A stretch of DNA of 64,000 bases from an uncultured Bacteroidales bacterium (GCA_902801425.1 CADCIQ010000002.1:16504-80503); one strand, 5' to 3'; positions 20,812 to 30,630 are shown, numbered from the stretch's first letter. Numbers and translations: made by a program. The notes: a model not told the origin generated them from the sequence alone.

Positions 20812-21297
20812 TATTTACAATTTACCATGTACAATGTACAATTACCATTTTGCAATCTGTACATTTCCATGCGGTTTATATTCTAATCACTTTCTATTTT
20901 TGTACGCATCGTCTTTATAGATGCAACGATAATCTTTACCAATTCCAAGTTTTCATTGTACAAGTCCTGCATCCGTTCTTTTGGCATTATGTCACAAGCA
21001 ATAATCAAGTCAAGCCAATGAGCCGTCTCATCAAGTTCTTCTTCGCACATTTTCAACTTATTCAGAAAATCCTTATCGGACTTACCTACACAAGCAGCAC
21101 GATAATTTGCTGACGGAGACGTACCAGAACGTATAATCTGTTTGGCAATAGCATTCGCGGAAATGGTATTAGGCATTTTGTCAACCATTTTTACGATACG
21201 AATGGCAAAAGACCTGAGCCTTGATTTCATTTCCTCGCGAGTCATAGCTAAATGCTAAAATGAAAATTGTACATTGTACATGGTAAATGGTAAATGA
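20812..21297 (-). mobile_element. Four-helix-bundle gene bounded by heptamer-periodic inverted repeats (TGTACA family); mobility inferred
   Basis: Minus-strand left arm ATTTACCATTTACCATGTACAATGTACAATT and right arm AATTGTACATTGTACATGGTAAATTGTAAAT; empty copy at 25414-25535. Confidence 0.55.
20883..21245 (-). CDS. Four-helix-bundle protein (23S rRNA IVP / Avd-like)
   Basis: QIIRSGTSPSANYRAA...SDKDFLNKLKMCEEELDETAHWL pattern. Confidence 0.88.
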   Translation of the reverse strand: MTREEMKSRLRSFAIRIVKMVDKMPNTISANAIAKQIIRSGTSPSANYRAACVGKSDKDFLNKLKMCEEELDETAHWLDLIIACDIMPKERMQDLYNENLELVKIIVASIKTMRTKIESD

Positions 21298-21299
21298 GT

Positions 21300-22322
21300 C
21301 TATCGCTGTACACGACCATTAGCAGAACCACCGGCAAGAGCCTCAACCTCAGCAACAGAAACGAGGTTAAAGTCACCGTTGATAGTGTGCTTGAGAGCAG
21401 AAGCTGCTACAGCGAACTCAAGAGCCTCACCCTGATTTGGCTTTGTGAGAAGACCGTGGATAAGACCACCAGAGAAAGAGTCACCACCACCTACACGGTC
21501 GATGATTGGATTAACGTCATAACGCTTTGACTGATAGAACTCCTTACCATCATAGATAAGAGCCTTCCAGCCATTATGTGTTGCAGAGAAAGACTCACGA
21601 AGAGTAGAAACAACGTACTTGAAGCCGAATGTCTCCTTCATCTGCTTGAAGATTCCCTCGTAACCAGCAGCATTAGTCTCACCACCCTCTACGTCAGCAT
21701 CAGGCTTGAAACCAAGACAAAGCTCTGCATCTTCCTCATTACCGATACATACGTCAACATATTGCATGAGAGGACGCATGATAGAGATTGCCTTCTCTGA
21801 AGTCCAGAGTTTCTTACGGAAGTTGAGGTCAACAGAAACAGTTACTCCATGACGCTTTGCAGCCTCACAAGCGAGCTTTGTAAGCTCAGCAGCCTTATCT
21901 GAGATAGCAGGAGTGATACCTGACCAGTGGAACCAGTCTGCACCTTCCATGATTGCATCGAAATCGAAATCCTCCGGCTTAGCCTCAGCGATAGCAGAGT
22001 TTGCACGATCGTAGATAACCTTTGATGGGCGCATAGAAGCACCAGTCTCACAATAGTAAAGACCAACACGATCACCACCACGAGCAATATACTGTGTGTT
22101 TACGCCATAACGACGAAGTGCATTGACTGCAATCTGACCGATTTCATGTGTAGGGAGCTTGGAAACGAAATAAGCATCGTGACCATAGTTGGCACAGCTG
22201 ATAGCTACGTTAGCCTCACCACCACCTGGGATGATACGGAAGATGTCAGTCTGAATGAAACGATCCTGACCATTTGGAGAAAGACGAAGCATTATTTCGC
22301 CCAAAGTTACTACTTTTGCCAT
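21300..22322 (-). CDS. kdgK: 2-keto-3-deoxygluconate kinase (PfkB family)
   Basis: GEIMLRLS, GGGEANVA, DLNFRKKLW, DRVGGGDSF. Confidence 0.92.
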   Translation of the reverse strand: MAKVVTLGEIMLRLSPNGQDRFIQTDIFRIIPGGGEANVAISCANYGHDAYFVSKLPTHEIGQIAVNALRRYGVNTQYIARGGDRVGLYYCETGASMRPSKVIYDRANSAIAEAKPEDFDFDAIMEGADWFHWSGITPAISDKAAELTKLACEAAKRHGVTVSVDLNFRKKLWTSEKAISIMRPLMQYVDVCIGNEEDAELCLGFKPDADVEGGETNAAGYEGIFKQMKETFGFKYVVSTLRESFSATHNGWKALIYDGKEFYQSKRYDVNPIIDRVGGGDSFSGGLIHGLLTKPNQGEALEFAVAASALKHTINGDFNLVSVAEVEALAGGSANGRVQR

Positions 22323-22388
22323 AGTTAATTAAGAGAGTTAATTTGTATTAAGATTTAAAATTCCCAAAGCAAGAATTCCCGCAAGTTT

Positions 22389-22398
22389 TGTGCGCACA
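22389..22398. promoter_or_regulatory. Candidate LacI-family operator
   Basis: Perfect palindrome TGTGCGCACA with central CG, downstream of the kdgK promoter; related site agtgcacaca near 22504. Confidence 0.45.
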
Positions 22399-22578
22399 CA
22401 ACGCGGATTTCGGATGCAAAAATACGCATTTTTTACGAAAGAAAGAAATATTTCAAGAAAAAATACACTTTTTTCCCGTTTTTTATAAAAAAAATTAATT
22501 GTTAGTGCACACAATTCGTTTTTTTTCATTATTTTTGCACCCATATTTTTTTATATTAAATCACCTTCAACTTAAGGA

Positions 22579-23844
22579 ATGTCACAGAATATGGATATCA
22601 ATGACCTCAACGACGAACAGCCCATTGAGGCTGCTGCCGCAAAGAGAAGGGTAGGACGTCCCAAGGGTTCCACAAACGGTAGTGGAAAGAAGAAAAAAAG
22701 CACAAAGAAGACGAAGTCTGCAAAGAAAGCGTCAGCTAATCAGGAGAACAAGCGTCAACGTAAACGCGACAACACTGGTTCACTGCGTATCACCATCCGT
22801 GATATTGCAGAGAAAGCTGGTGTGAGTGTAGGTACCGTTGACCGCGTACTGCACAACAGACCTAACGTCTCACCAAAGGCATTGGTTAAGGTTCAGAAAG
22901 CCATCGAGGAGATGAACTATGAGCCTAACATGTATGCCAGTGCACTTGCCCACAACAAGGAGTACAATTTCTACTGTCTTATGCCTAAGCACGAAAGCGA
23001 AGCATACTGGGAAGAAGTAGAGGAAGGTCAGCTCCATGCCTGTGAGATGCGTCGTGACTTCAATGTGCACGCGCACATGTACTATTATAAACGTAAGGAC
23101 GAACAAAGTTTCAAGGAGTGCTATGAAGCTATCCTCGAAGCTAATCCCGATGGCGTCGTAGTTGTTCCTGCAAAGTTGGAGGTTACACGTAAGTTTACAG
23201 ATCAGTTGCATGAGCGCAGCATTCCTTTCATCATGCTCGACTCATATATGCCGGATCTCCGTCCGCTTGCATTCTACGGACAGGACTCTTTTGCCAGCGG
23301 TTACTTTGCAGCAAAGCTCCTTATGATGATTGCATCTAAGGAGAAGAGCATCATGCTGATGAAACAGACGATAGATGGTGTTAATGTTGCAAGCAAGCAG
23401 CAGGACAACCGTGAGGTGGGTTTCCGTCACTATATGAAGGATCATTTCCCTGAGATAACTATCGAAGTTGTTGATCTTCCATACGAGGCTTCACGCAAGG
23501 AATACACCCAGATTCTGAAGGATTTCTTTGACAACCATAAAGAGATTCACCATTGCGTCACACTCAATTCAAAGGCGCACCTCGTAGGTGACTATCTTCT
23601 GAAGAACAATCTGCGCAATGTCCAGATTATGGGTTACGATATGGTGGAGAAGAACGCCAATTGTCTTCGTCAGGGCAGTATCTCATTCCTCATTGCCCAG
23701 CACGGATACATGCAGGGATATTACAGCATTGATGCCCTTGCAAGAGCTATCATTCTGAAGAAGAACGTAAATCCCGTGAACTATATGCCTATCGAGGTGC
23801 TGTTCAAGGAGAACGTGGATTTCTACAGAAGAACACAGATCTAA
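22579..23844 (+). CDS. LacI-family regulator (likely uronate regulon) with basic N-terminal extension
   Basis: TIRDIAEKAGVSVGTVDRVLHNR HTH plus sugar-binding domain; between kdgK and uxaA. Confidence 0.9.
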   Translation: MSQNMDINDLNDEQPIEAAAAKRRVGRPKGSTNGSGKKKKSTKKTKSAKKASANQENKRQRKRDNTGSLRITIRDIAEKAGVSVGTVDRVLHNRPNVSPKALVKVQKAIEEMNYEPNMYASALAHNKEYNFYCLMPKHESEAYWEEVEEGQLHACEMRRDFNVHAHMYYYKRKDEQSFKECYEAILEANPDGVVVVPAKLEVTRKFTDQLHERSIPFIMLDSYMPDLRPLAFYGQDSFASGYFAAKLLMMIASKEKSIMLMKQTIDGVNVASKQQDNREVGFRHYMKDHFPEITIEVVDLPYEASRKEYTQILKDFFDNHKEIHHCVTLNSKAHLVGDYLLKNNLRNVQIMGYDMVEKNANCLRQGSISFLIAQHGYMQGYYSIDALARAIILKKNVNPVNYMPIEVLFKENVDFYRRTQI

Positions 23845-23919
23845 AAGCCCCTATCACCATCCTTGGTGATAGGAACATACAATACAAAAAAACATTAAGA
23901 ACTATTAAATCTAACACGA

Positions 23920-25413
23920 ATGGAACAAGCATATCTGAAAATCAATCCCGCAGACTCTGTGGTTGTATGCCTCAGAGCCATGAAGGCTGGCGAGACCGTA
24001 ACCGACGGAAACAACGAGGTCAAGCTATTGCAAGACACACCTGCCGGTCACAAGGTTCTTCTTATTGACAAGAAGGAAGGTGAGGACATCATCAAGTATG
24101 GCTACCCTATCGGTCATGCCATCAAGGATCTCAAGGCAGGAGAATGGGTAAACGAGAACAATCTCAAGACCAACCTCGCAGGAACTCTCGAATACACATA
24201 CAATCCTGTTAATGAGAAACTCAGCATCCCTGTAGAGAACCGCACCTTCAAGGGCTATGTCCGCAAAAATGGTGATGTAGGTGTTCGAAACGAGATCTGG
24301 ATTGTTCCTACCGTAGGTTGCGTAAACGGCATTGCGGAGCAGTTGGCAAAGGAACTCGAAACTGAAACTCGCCTTGATGGCATTGATGCTGTTCATGCCT
24401 GGCATCACAACTACGGTTGCTCTCAGCTCTCTGAGGATCACGAGGCAACACGTAAGATTCTTCGTGACATCGTGCTCCACCCTAATGCAGGTGCCGTGCT
24501 CGTTCTCTCCCTCGGATGCGAGAACAATCAGCCAGACGATTTCATGGCTATGCTTGGTGACTATGACAAGGAGCGCATCCAACTCGTTGTGACACAAAAG
24601 GTTGAAGGTGACGAGTTAGAATATTGCATGGACATTCTCCGTAAGATGTACGCAATATGCAAGGAGGACAAGCGTGTTGATGTTCCAGTAAGTAAGCTCC
24701 GCGTAGGACTTAAATGCGGTGGTTCAGACGGATTCTCTGGCATTACCGCCAATCCTCTTGAAGGCGAGTTCTCCGACTGGCTCGTTGCACAGGGTGGCAC
24801 AAGCATCCTCACCGAGGTTCCTGAAATGTTCGGTGCAGAGACTATCCTCATGAATCGTTGCGAGAACCGTCAGCTATTCGAGCAGACAGTTTCTCTTATC
24901 AATAACTTCAAGAACTACTTCCTCTCACATGGTGAGCCTGTTGGCGAGAACCCATCTCCGGGCAACAAGGCTGGTGGTATCTCTACACTTGAGGACAAGG
25001 CTCTCGGTTGCACTCAGAAATGCGGTCGTGCTCCTGTAAGTGGTGTTCTCGAATATGGCGACCGCTTGCAGACATCTGGCCTTAACCTTCTCTCTGCTCC
25101 GGGCAACGACCTCGTAGCAGCAACGGCTCTTGCTTCCGCAGGATGCCATCTGGTACTCTTCTCAACAGGTCGCGGAACTCCTTTCGGCACTTTCGTTCCA
25201 ACGATGAAGATTTCCACGAACTCCGACCTCTACAATCGCAAGAAGAACTGGATAGACTTCAACGCTGGTCAGCTCGTTGACGGCAAGACGATGAAGGAAC
25301 TCGTTCCTGAGTTTATCGACAAGATCCTTGCCGTTGCAAGTGGTGAACCTGCACGCAATGAGGTGAACGGTTATAGCGAAATCTCTATTTTTAAGAATGG
25401 AGTGACACTGTAA
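23920..25413 (+). CDS. uxaA: Altronate dehydratase
   Basis: SAF domain (PAGHK, IIKYG), VPTVGCVN, HNYGCSQL, LKCGGSDG, NPSPGNKAGG. Confidence 0.93.
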   Translation: MEQAYLKINPADSVVVCLRAMKAGETVTDGNNEVKLLQDTPAGHKVLLIDKKEGEDIIKYGYPIGHAIKDLKAGEWVNENNLKTNLAGTLEYTYNPVNEKLSIPVENRTFKGYVRKNGDVGVRNEIWIVPTVGCVNGIAEQLAKELETETRLDGIDAVHAWHHNYGCSQLSEDHEATRKILRDIVLHPNAGAVLVLSLGCENNQPDDFMAMLGDYDKERIQLVVTQKVEGDELEYCMDILRKMYAICKEDKRVDVPVSKLRVGLKCGGSDGFSGITANPLEGEFSDWLVAQGGTSILTEVPEMFGAETILMNRCENRQLFEQTVSLINNFKNYFLSHGEPVGENPSPGNKAGGISTLEDKALGCTQKCGRAPVSGVLEYGDRLQTSGLNLLSAPGNDLVAATALASAGCHLVLFSTGRGTPFGTFVPTMKISTNSDLYNRKKNWIDFNAGQLVDGKTMKELVPEFIDKILAVASGEPARNEVNGYSEISIFKNGVTL

Positions 25414-25535
25414 CATGTACAATGTACCATTTACAATTTACAATTTAGCTAGCGCAGTAAGGGCATGGTTCAACAAAATAAATGAAACAATGTCTAAATG
25501 ATAATTGTACATGGTACATGGTAAATTGTAAATAA
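25414..25535 (+). repeat. Empty TGTACA-family palindromic element
   Basis: Same arms as those around the 20883-21245 gene but with a ~45 nt spacer and no ORF. Confidence 0.8.
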
Positions 25536-25540
25536 AGAAG

Positions 25541-26806
25541 ATGCTCAATCTCTCTCCACTAATCGTCTTTGTAGTCCTCTATCTCGCAACATCAATCATT
25601 GCGGGCGACTTCTACAAACTACCAATCACCGTGGCATTCACGCTTTCAAGCATCTATGCCATAGCTATTTCACGGGGTATATCGTTGGAAAAACGCATAG
25701 AGACATTCAGTCGTGGAGCAGGACAGAAGAACATCATGCTCATGATCTGGATATTCGTACTTGCAGGTGCCTTCGCGAAATCTGCAAAGGATATGGGCTG
25801 TATTGACGCGACGGTGAACCTCACACTTTATGCACTTCCTGCTAATATGCTGCTTGCAGGTCTGTTCCTTGCAGCATGTTTCATATCCCTAAGCGTAGGA
25901 ACGAGCGTAGGCACAATAGCCGCCCTCACACCTATCGCCGTGGGCATAGCCCATTCCACAGGCTCAAATGTCGCCCTACTTACTGCAATTGTAGTGGGAG
26001 GCTCTTTCTTCGGTGATAACATGTCGTTTATAAGCGACACAACCGTAGTAGCCACGCAGACACAGGGCTGCAAGATGAGCGATAAGTTCAAGGCTAACAT
26101 ACGCATCGTTGCCCCAATAGCATTCATAACATTCATCATCTACATGGTGATGGGAAGGAATATAAGCGTGCCGCAAGAAATACCCGATGTGGAATTTGTC
26201 AAAATCATTCCATATCTCTTCGTTCTCGTCATCGCCCTCTATGGTGTAAACGTGCTCATGGTACTGTCAATCGGCATATTACTGACCGGCATCATCGGAA
26301 TGACATCAGGCAACTACGACTGCATTGCATGGTTCACAAGTATGGGCGACGGAATAGTGGCAATGGGCGAGCTGATAATAGTGACAATGATGGCTGGCGG
26401 ACTTCTTGAACTTATTAAGGAGAACGGTGGTATCGTCTTTATCATCAACAAGATAACGCATCTGGTTAAAGGAAGGCGTGGAGCAGAACTTTCAATAGGC
26501 ATCCTCGTTTCGCTGGTCAATGTATGTACCGCCAACAACACCGTGGCTATTATCACCGTAGGCGGTATCGCCAAGGACATAGCAGAGCGTTTCGGCGTAA
26601 AATCCAAGCGAGCAGCATCTATCCTCGACACATTTTCATGCGCCACACAGGGACTTCTCCCCTATGGTGCTCAGATACTGATAGCAAGCGGACTTGCCGC
26701 TGTTAATCCGATAAACATCATCGAGTATCTCTACTACCCTGTCCTTCTGGGTATCGGGGCTTTGGTGTATATCGTGTTAAATAATAAAATGAAAAGTGAA
26801 AAATGA
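25541..26806 (+). CDS. NhaC-family antiporter/amino-acid transporter
   Basis: GTSVGT, GGSFFGDNMSFISDTT, PYGAQ motifs; multi-TM. Confidence 0.85.
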   Translation: MLNLSPLIVFVVLYLATSIIAGDFYKLPITVAFTLSSIYAIAISRGISLEKRIETFSRGAGQKNIMLMIWIFVLAGAFAKSAKDMGCIDATVNLTLYALPANMLLAGLFLAACFISLSVGTSVGTIAALTPIAVGIAHSTGSNVALLTAIVVGGSFFGDNMSFISDTTVVATQTQGCKMSDKFKANIRIVAPIAFITFIIYMVMGRNISVPQEIPDVEFVKIIPYLFVLVIALYGVNVLMVLSIGILLTGIIGMTSGNYDCIAWFTSMGDGIVAMGELIIVTMMAGGLLELIKENGGIVFIINKITHLVKGRRGAELSIGILVSLVNVCTANNTVAIITVGGIAKDIAERFGVKSKRAASILDTFSCATQGLLPYGAQILIASGLAAVNPINIIEYLYYPVLLGIGALVYIVLNNKMKSEK

Positions 26807-27000
26807 AAATACAGGTTAGTATTTTAGTGAATAGTGAATAACGAATAGATAATAATACTTAATACTGGCTAACGCCCTTATGCAGATTTCGTTCTGGTGG
26901 CTACCAGTATTAAATACTATTCACTTTTCACTATTAACTATTCACTTACAAGTGTAATTTGTATTTTATAATTTTTCATTGTTCATTTTTAATTTAAAAT
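26786..27000 (+). repeat. ATGAAAA-family element with nested GTGAATA-family element (26826-26948)
   Basis: Outer arms match 34692-34805 and 59371-59490; inner arms agtgaatagtgaa/ttcacttttcactatt. Confidence 0.8.
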
Positions 27001-27007
27001 AATTTAC

Positions 27008-27730
27008 ATGTTTCCTACAATCCAGGAAAACTTCACCATTCTGCTTCGTGCAGGTGCGTTCGGCATTATTGACGAGCACATCAAACCTATGTCCAGTTTC
27101 AAATGGAACAAACTCATAGCTACCGCGAAGAAACTTGGCATCCACGGTTACATTGTAACAGGAGCACAACTTCTGAAAGACGATCCACTACTTCCCTCAG
27201 ATATCAACATTCCTACTCCAAAGGAAAGGTTTGAATATCCGGAAACTGCCCTCTATGGTTTCTTGTCCTCACGACGCTACCGCAAGATCAGCGAACAGGA
27301 GAAGCACAACATAGATTGTAGTACGGAGACTCTTAACTTCCTGCATCTGCTTGTAGCCAACATAGACCTTATCATCACGAAGGATATGTCCCTATCAGGT
27401 GTTATTGCCGTGGGCGAATATCTCAGAACCAAAGGCAACCGCGTGGACTTCGTCAAGCTAAACCAATGGATCAGTAGTCTCGGCATAGCTCAGGCGGCTT
27501 CATTCATCGGCCACATGCTCATCGAGCTCTTCGATTTCGAGACCGAGGAACTGGAGTTCATGACAAGGACATACAAGAAACCGCTCATTCACTATGAACG
27601 TCTTCTCGACAATGCCTTCAACCCACAGCATAAGTTCCGCAGGGCTTCAAGGCTAAACCTCGCATTCATCGAGACTTCAAGCTATCACCTGCTTAATTTC
27701 AAGACAAGAATTACTGATATAGAAGAATAA
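27008..27730 (+). CDS. Hypothetical protein (possibly a degenerate nucleotidyltransferase-like family)
   Basis: 240-aa ORF with host-like codon use; no catalytic motif recognised. Confidence 0.55.
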   Translation: MFPTIQENFTILLRAGAFGIIDEHIKPMSSFKWNKLIATAKKLGIHGYIVTGAQLLKDDPLLPSDINIPTPKERFEYPETALYGFLSSRRYRKISEQEKHNIDCSTETLNFLHLLVANIDLIITKDMSLSGVIAVGEYLRTKGNRVDFVKLNQWISSLGIAQAASFIGHMLIELFDFETEELEFMTRTYKKPLIHYERLLDNAFNPQHKFRRASRLNLAFIETSSYHLLNFKTRITDIEE

Positions 27731-27740
27731 ACCAACCAAC

Positions 27741-27881
27741 AGCCCCTCACCTGCCCTACGGGCATCCTCTCCCCAAGGGGCGAGGAGGAAGTTAGTACTT
27801 CCAATCATGCCCCTTAGCGAACAAATGTAACTTTTCCCTCGCCCCCTGGGGAGAGGGTGCCTGAAAGGCGGGTGAGGGGCC
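27741..27881. repeat. GC-rich REP-like doublet (CCCCTCACC...CTCTCCCCAAGGGGCGAGG)
   Basis: Terminal inverted repeats with internal hairpins; inverted copy at 31689-31830. Confidence 0.85.
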
Positions 27882-27890
27882 GTTTTTATT

Positions 27891-29414
27891 ATGAAACTGC
27901 ATCAACTCTACCCTATCCTCCGTAACCACCAGAAACTGTCAGAAAGGCGTTCGCCAATGCTGACACAAGGAAAGGTGGCAAAGTTCATGACATACCTCAT
28001 GATCGCCCTGCTGGTGATGTATCTCATCGGCATATCCATTACCTTTGCACTCATCGCTACCGATGTGAAGAGCTCAACGGCATACGAGTTCATGTACTCA
28101 TTCCTGCCATTCGCCATGACGCTCGACTTCTTCGCACGCTTCATGCTCCAGCAGACACCATCGCAGCAAGTCAAGCCATACGCGCTACTGCCAATCCCGC
28201 GCTATACGTGCATCGACTTCTTCATCATCCGTTCCCTACTCTCCTACGGCAATCTGGTGATGATGTTCCTCTATGTGCCCTTTGCACTCATGGCAGTAGT
28301 CTTTGCCGAAGGCATAGGCCTCACCACATTATTCCTCCTTGGCTTCTATGTCATCGAACTGATCATCTCTCAGGCATACTCCATCTTCCGCACCCTCGTA
28401 AGCCACAACATGCTATACTGGATAGGAATAGTCCCAGTTCTGGCACTCCTGGCATCCCCGCTCTTCTTCAATGCCGACTGGACGCTAACCGTGAACTTCG
28501 AACACCTCTTTCGCGGCTATGCCCATCTTGGCGGATGGATATGCAAGGGCAATGCCATAGCATGGGGCTCAATGCTCATCATCCTCGGCATCGTGACAGC
28601 CATCAACCGACGCTTGCAGCATAAGCTCGTGTATGCGGAGCTCTCACGCGAAGAGAAGGCAATGAAGGTAAGCACGAAGCAGAGCTTCAAGTTCCTCAAC
28701 GAATGGGGAATAATAGGCGAGTTCCTACGTCTGGAAATGTTCTCCATACGCCGAAACAAGAACGTGCGCAAAACCTTTATCTCATCCAACGTAATAGTAC
28801 TGATGCTCAGTCTCGTATGCTCCTTCAGCTCCGTATATGACGACCTCGGAATGGTGCGTTTCTGGCTCATCTACAACTTCTCCATCTACGGAGCCATGAT
28901 GCTGCTGCGCATCATGACATTCGAGGGCAACTACATCGAGCGTCTGATGATGGGGCACCATGCCATCGAGAAACTGCTCACCGCCAAGTTCTATTTCTAC
29001 AGCGCCATACTCATGTTCCCGTTCCTTCTGATGATCCCGATGGTCATCACGGGCAAGGCAAGTCTGCTCATGCTCTTCTCCTACATGGCATTCACGGCAG
29101 GCGTAGGCAATTTCCTGTTCATGCAGCTCGCCGTATATAACAAGCAGACAGCCCCGCTCAACCAGAAATTCATAGGCAGGACAATGGTAGAGAACAGTTG
29201 GATCATGATACTCATCGAGGTACTCGCATTCACCATGCCCCTTCTTCTTGTCAAGATATTCATGGTCTTTGCATCCGAGAACACCGCCTACATCATCCTC
29301 CTTGTCATAGGCCTCACATTCATCGGCACCCACCGCCTATGGCTCGGCAACATCTACAAGCGCCTCAACGAGCGTAAATACGAGAACATCGAGGCAATGA
29401 TGACTACAAGATAA
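27891..29414 (+). CDS. Multi-pass membrane protein (DUF5687-like, ABC-permease-like)
   Basis: Two TM bundles; QQTPSQQVKPYALLPI and RNKNVR motifs. Confidence 0.7.
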   Translation: MKLHQLYPILRNHQKLSERRSPMLTQGKVAKFMTYLMIALLVMYLIGISITFALIATDVKSSTAYEFMYSFLPFAMTLDFFARFMLQQTPSQQVKPYALLPIPRYTCIDFFIIRSLLSYGNLVMMFLYVPFALMAVVFAEGIGLTTLFLLGFYVIELIISQAYSIFRTLVSHNMLYWIGIVPVLALLASPLFFNADWTLTVNFEHLFRGYAHLGGWICKGNAIAWGSMLIILGIVTAINRRLQHKLVYAELSREEKAMKVSTKQSFKFLNEWGIIGEFLRLEMFSIRRNKNVRKTFISSNVIVLMLSLVCSFSSVYDDLGMVRFWLIYNFSIYGAMMLLRIMTFEGNYIERLMMGHHAIEKLLTAKFYFYSAILMFPFLLMIPMVITGKASLLMLFSYMAFTAGVGNFLFMQLAVYNKQTAPLNQKFIGRTMVENSWIMILIEVLAFTMPLLLVKIFMVFASENTAYIILLVIGLTFIGTHRLWLGNIYKRLNERKYENIEAMMTTR

Positions 29415-29431
29415 TTTGAAAATACCATTCA

Positions 29432-30030
29432 GCAAAGAGCTTGTCCTAATCGCTATTGGGATAGGCTTTTTCTGCTTTACATAGTGCTCATCGCCACGAG
29501 CCTTGGAACATCTCGACCTTTATATCTCCGATATAGGGAACGGATTTACAACGGATTTACAACGGATCTGAAACGGAGGTGAGGAGGTCAAAGGTCAGAG
29601 TTTAGAGTTTAGAGTTTAGAGCTCAGAGCTTAGAGTTGATACCTTTGGCGATGGCCGTGCGCCGAATGGTTTTCTTCAATCTTCACTCTTCGTTCATCTC
29701 TTTTCATGCTGCAAAATTACAACAAAAATCCCGAACACCACCATCTAACACGGGAAAAAACATGTCAGATTCAAAAAAAACTCGATTTCAAGTCTGTAAC
29801 TTACAGATACACAGAAGAATATTTTCGGAAACATTTCAAGGAACATCTCTATCTAACATGTAACTGTTAGAGAAACAAGGGAGGGGGGGTATATTTGTCT
29901 TGTATAGCCAAAATAATAATATAATATAATATATTATATTATTATTTTGAAGTTAGGAACGGGGGGTGTCACCCTGTCCCTATTTTTCCTAACAGTGATA
30001 TGTTAGATGCCATTCTGAGCCTCCTGTTAG
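29432..30030 (-). repeat. Dispersed noncoding element, copy B (inverted relative to copy A)
   Basis: See copy A; minus-strand TAATTTTG at 29712-29719; AGAGTTT heptamer run 29594-29637; ~40 nt sub-block repeated at 30232-30272. Confidence 0.8.
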
Positions 30031-30280
30031 GGGTGAATCTAACAAGTCATGAAATATTTTAGTTTCGTGATTGATTATAAATCATACTTTTTACTTGTCT
30101 TTTACGACCAAAGAACACACAAAACGTGGCAAAATACCCGTTTCCCGATCATTTTTTCGTGTTCAATTTTCGTTCTTGCTGACGCTGTGGTTTCAATCCA
30201 CACCGTCTTTCTTCTTGTTTGTTTGAGCACATATCTAACATGTAACTGTTAGGATAAACAGGGACAGGGGGTAACATAAT

Positions 30281-30592
30281 GCCGACGCTGAACGATTCGT
30301 TCACCGTCGGTTTCAGAACTGCGATAAAGAAAATCCTTGAGTAAATCTAACACGAGAAGATAAAACCACATTCGTGATTTACGAATCTGGTTTCAAATAG
30401 TTAACGTGAGTTCGACGAATTCATGCGGACAAGTCCTGAAAGAACGACACCTATTGAATTTATCTATGGTTTTCTTATTTTCGCATTTATATTCTGTATC
30501 AAAACATGATGCAATCAAGTGGTGCACCGATTCAGTGCGTTGGTTTGTAGTTAAAGAGCAATGAGGTGGCGAATCCCATCCCCATCGGCTCA
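30281..30592 (+). ncRNA. Candidate 6S-like (Bacteroidales-1 type) RNA
   Basis: 5'/3' ends pair (gccga/tcggc; gattcg-tcacc/ggtgg-cgaatc); motifs CCTGAAAGAACGACA and CGTTGGTTTGTAG...GCAATGAGG recalled from this family; terminator follows. Confidence 0.5.
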
Positions 30593-30595
30593 AAG

Positions 30596-30630
30596 AAAAA
30601 GCTTATGCCCATTTTGGACATAAGCTTTTT
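30596..30630 (+). terminator. Intrinsic terminator
   Basis: aaaaagcttatgccc/ggacataagcttttt. Confidence 0.75.

Noticed and set aside
30560-30592. tRNA or tmRNA 3'-end fragment (cgaatccc)
   Set aside because: No proper T-arm or acceptor stem; better explained as the closing stem of the candidate 6S-like RNA
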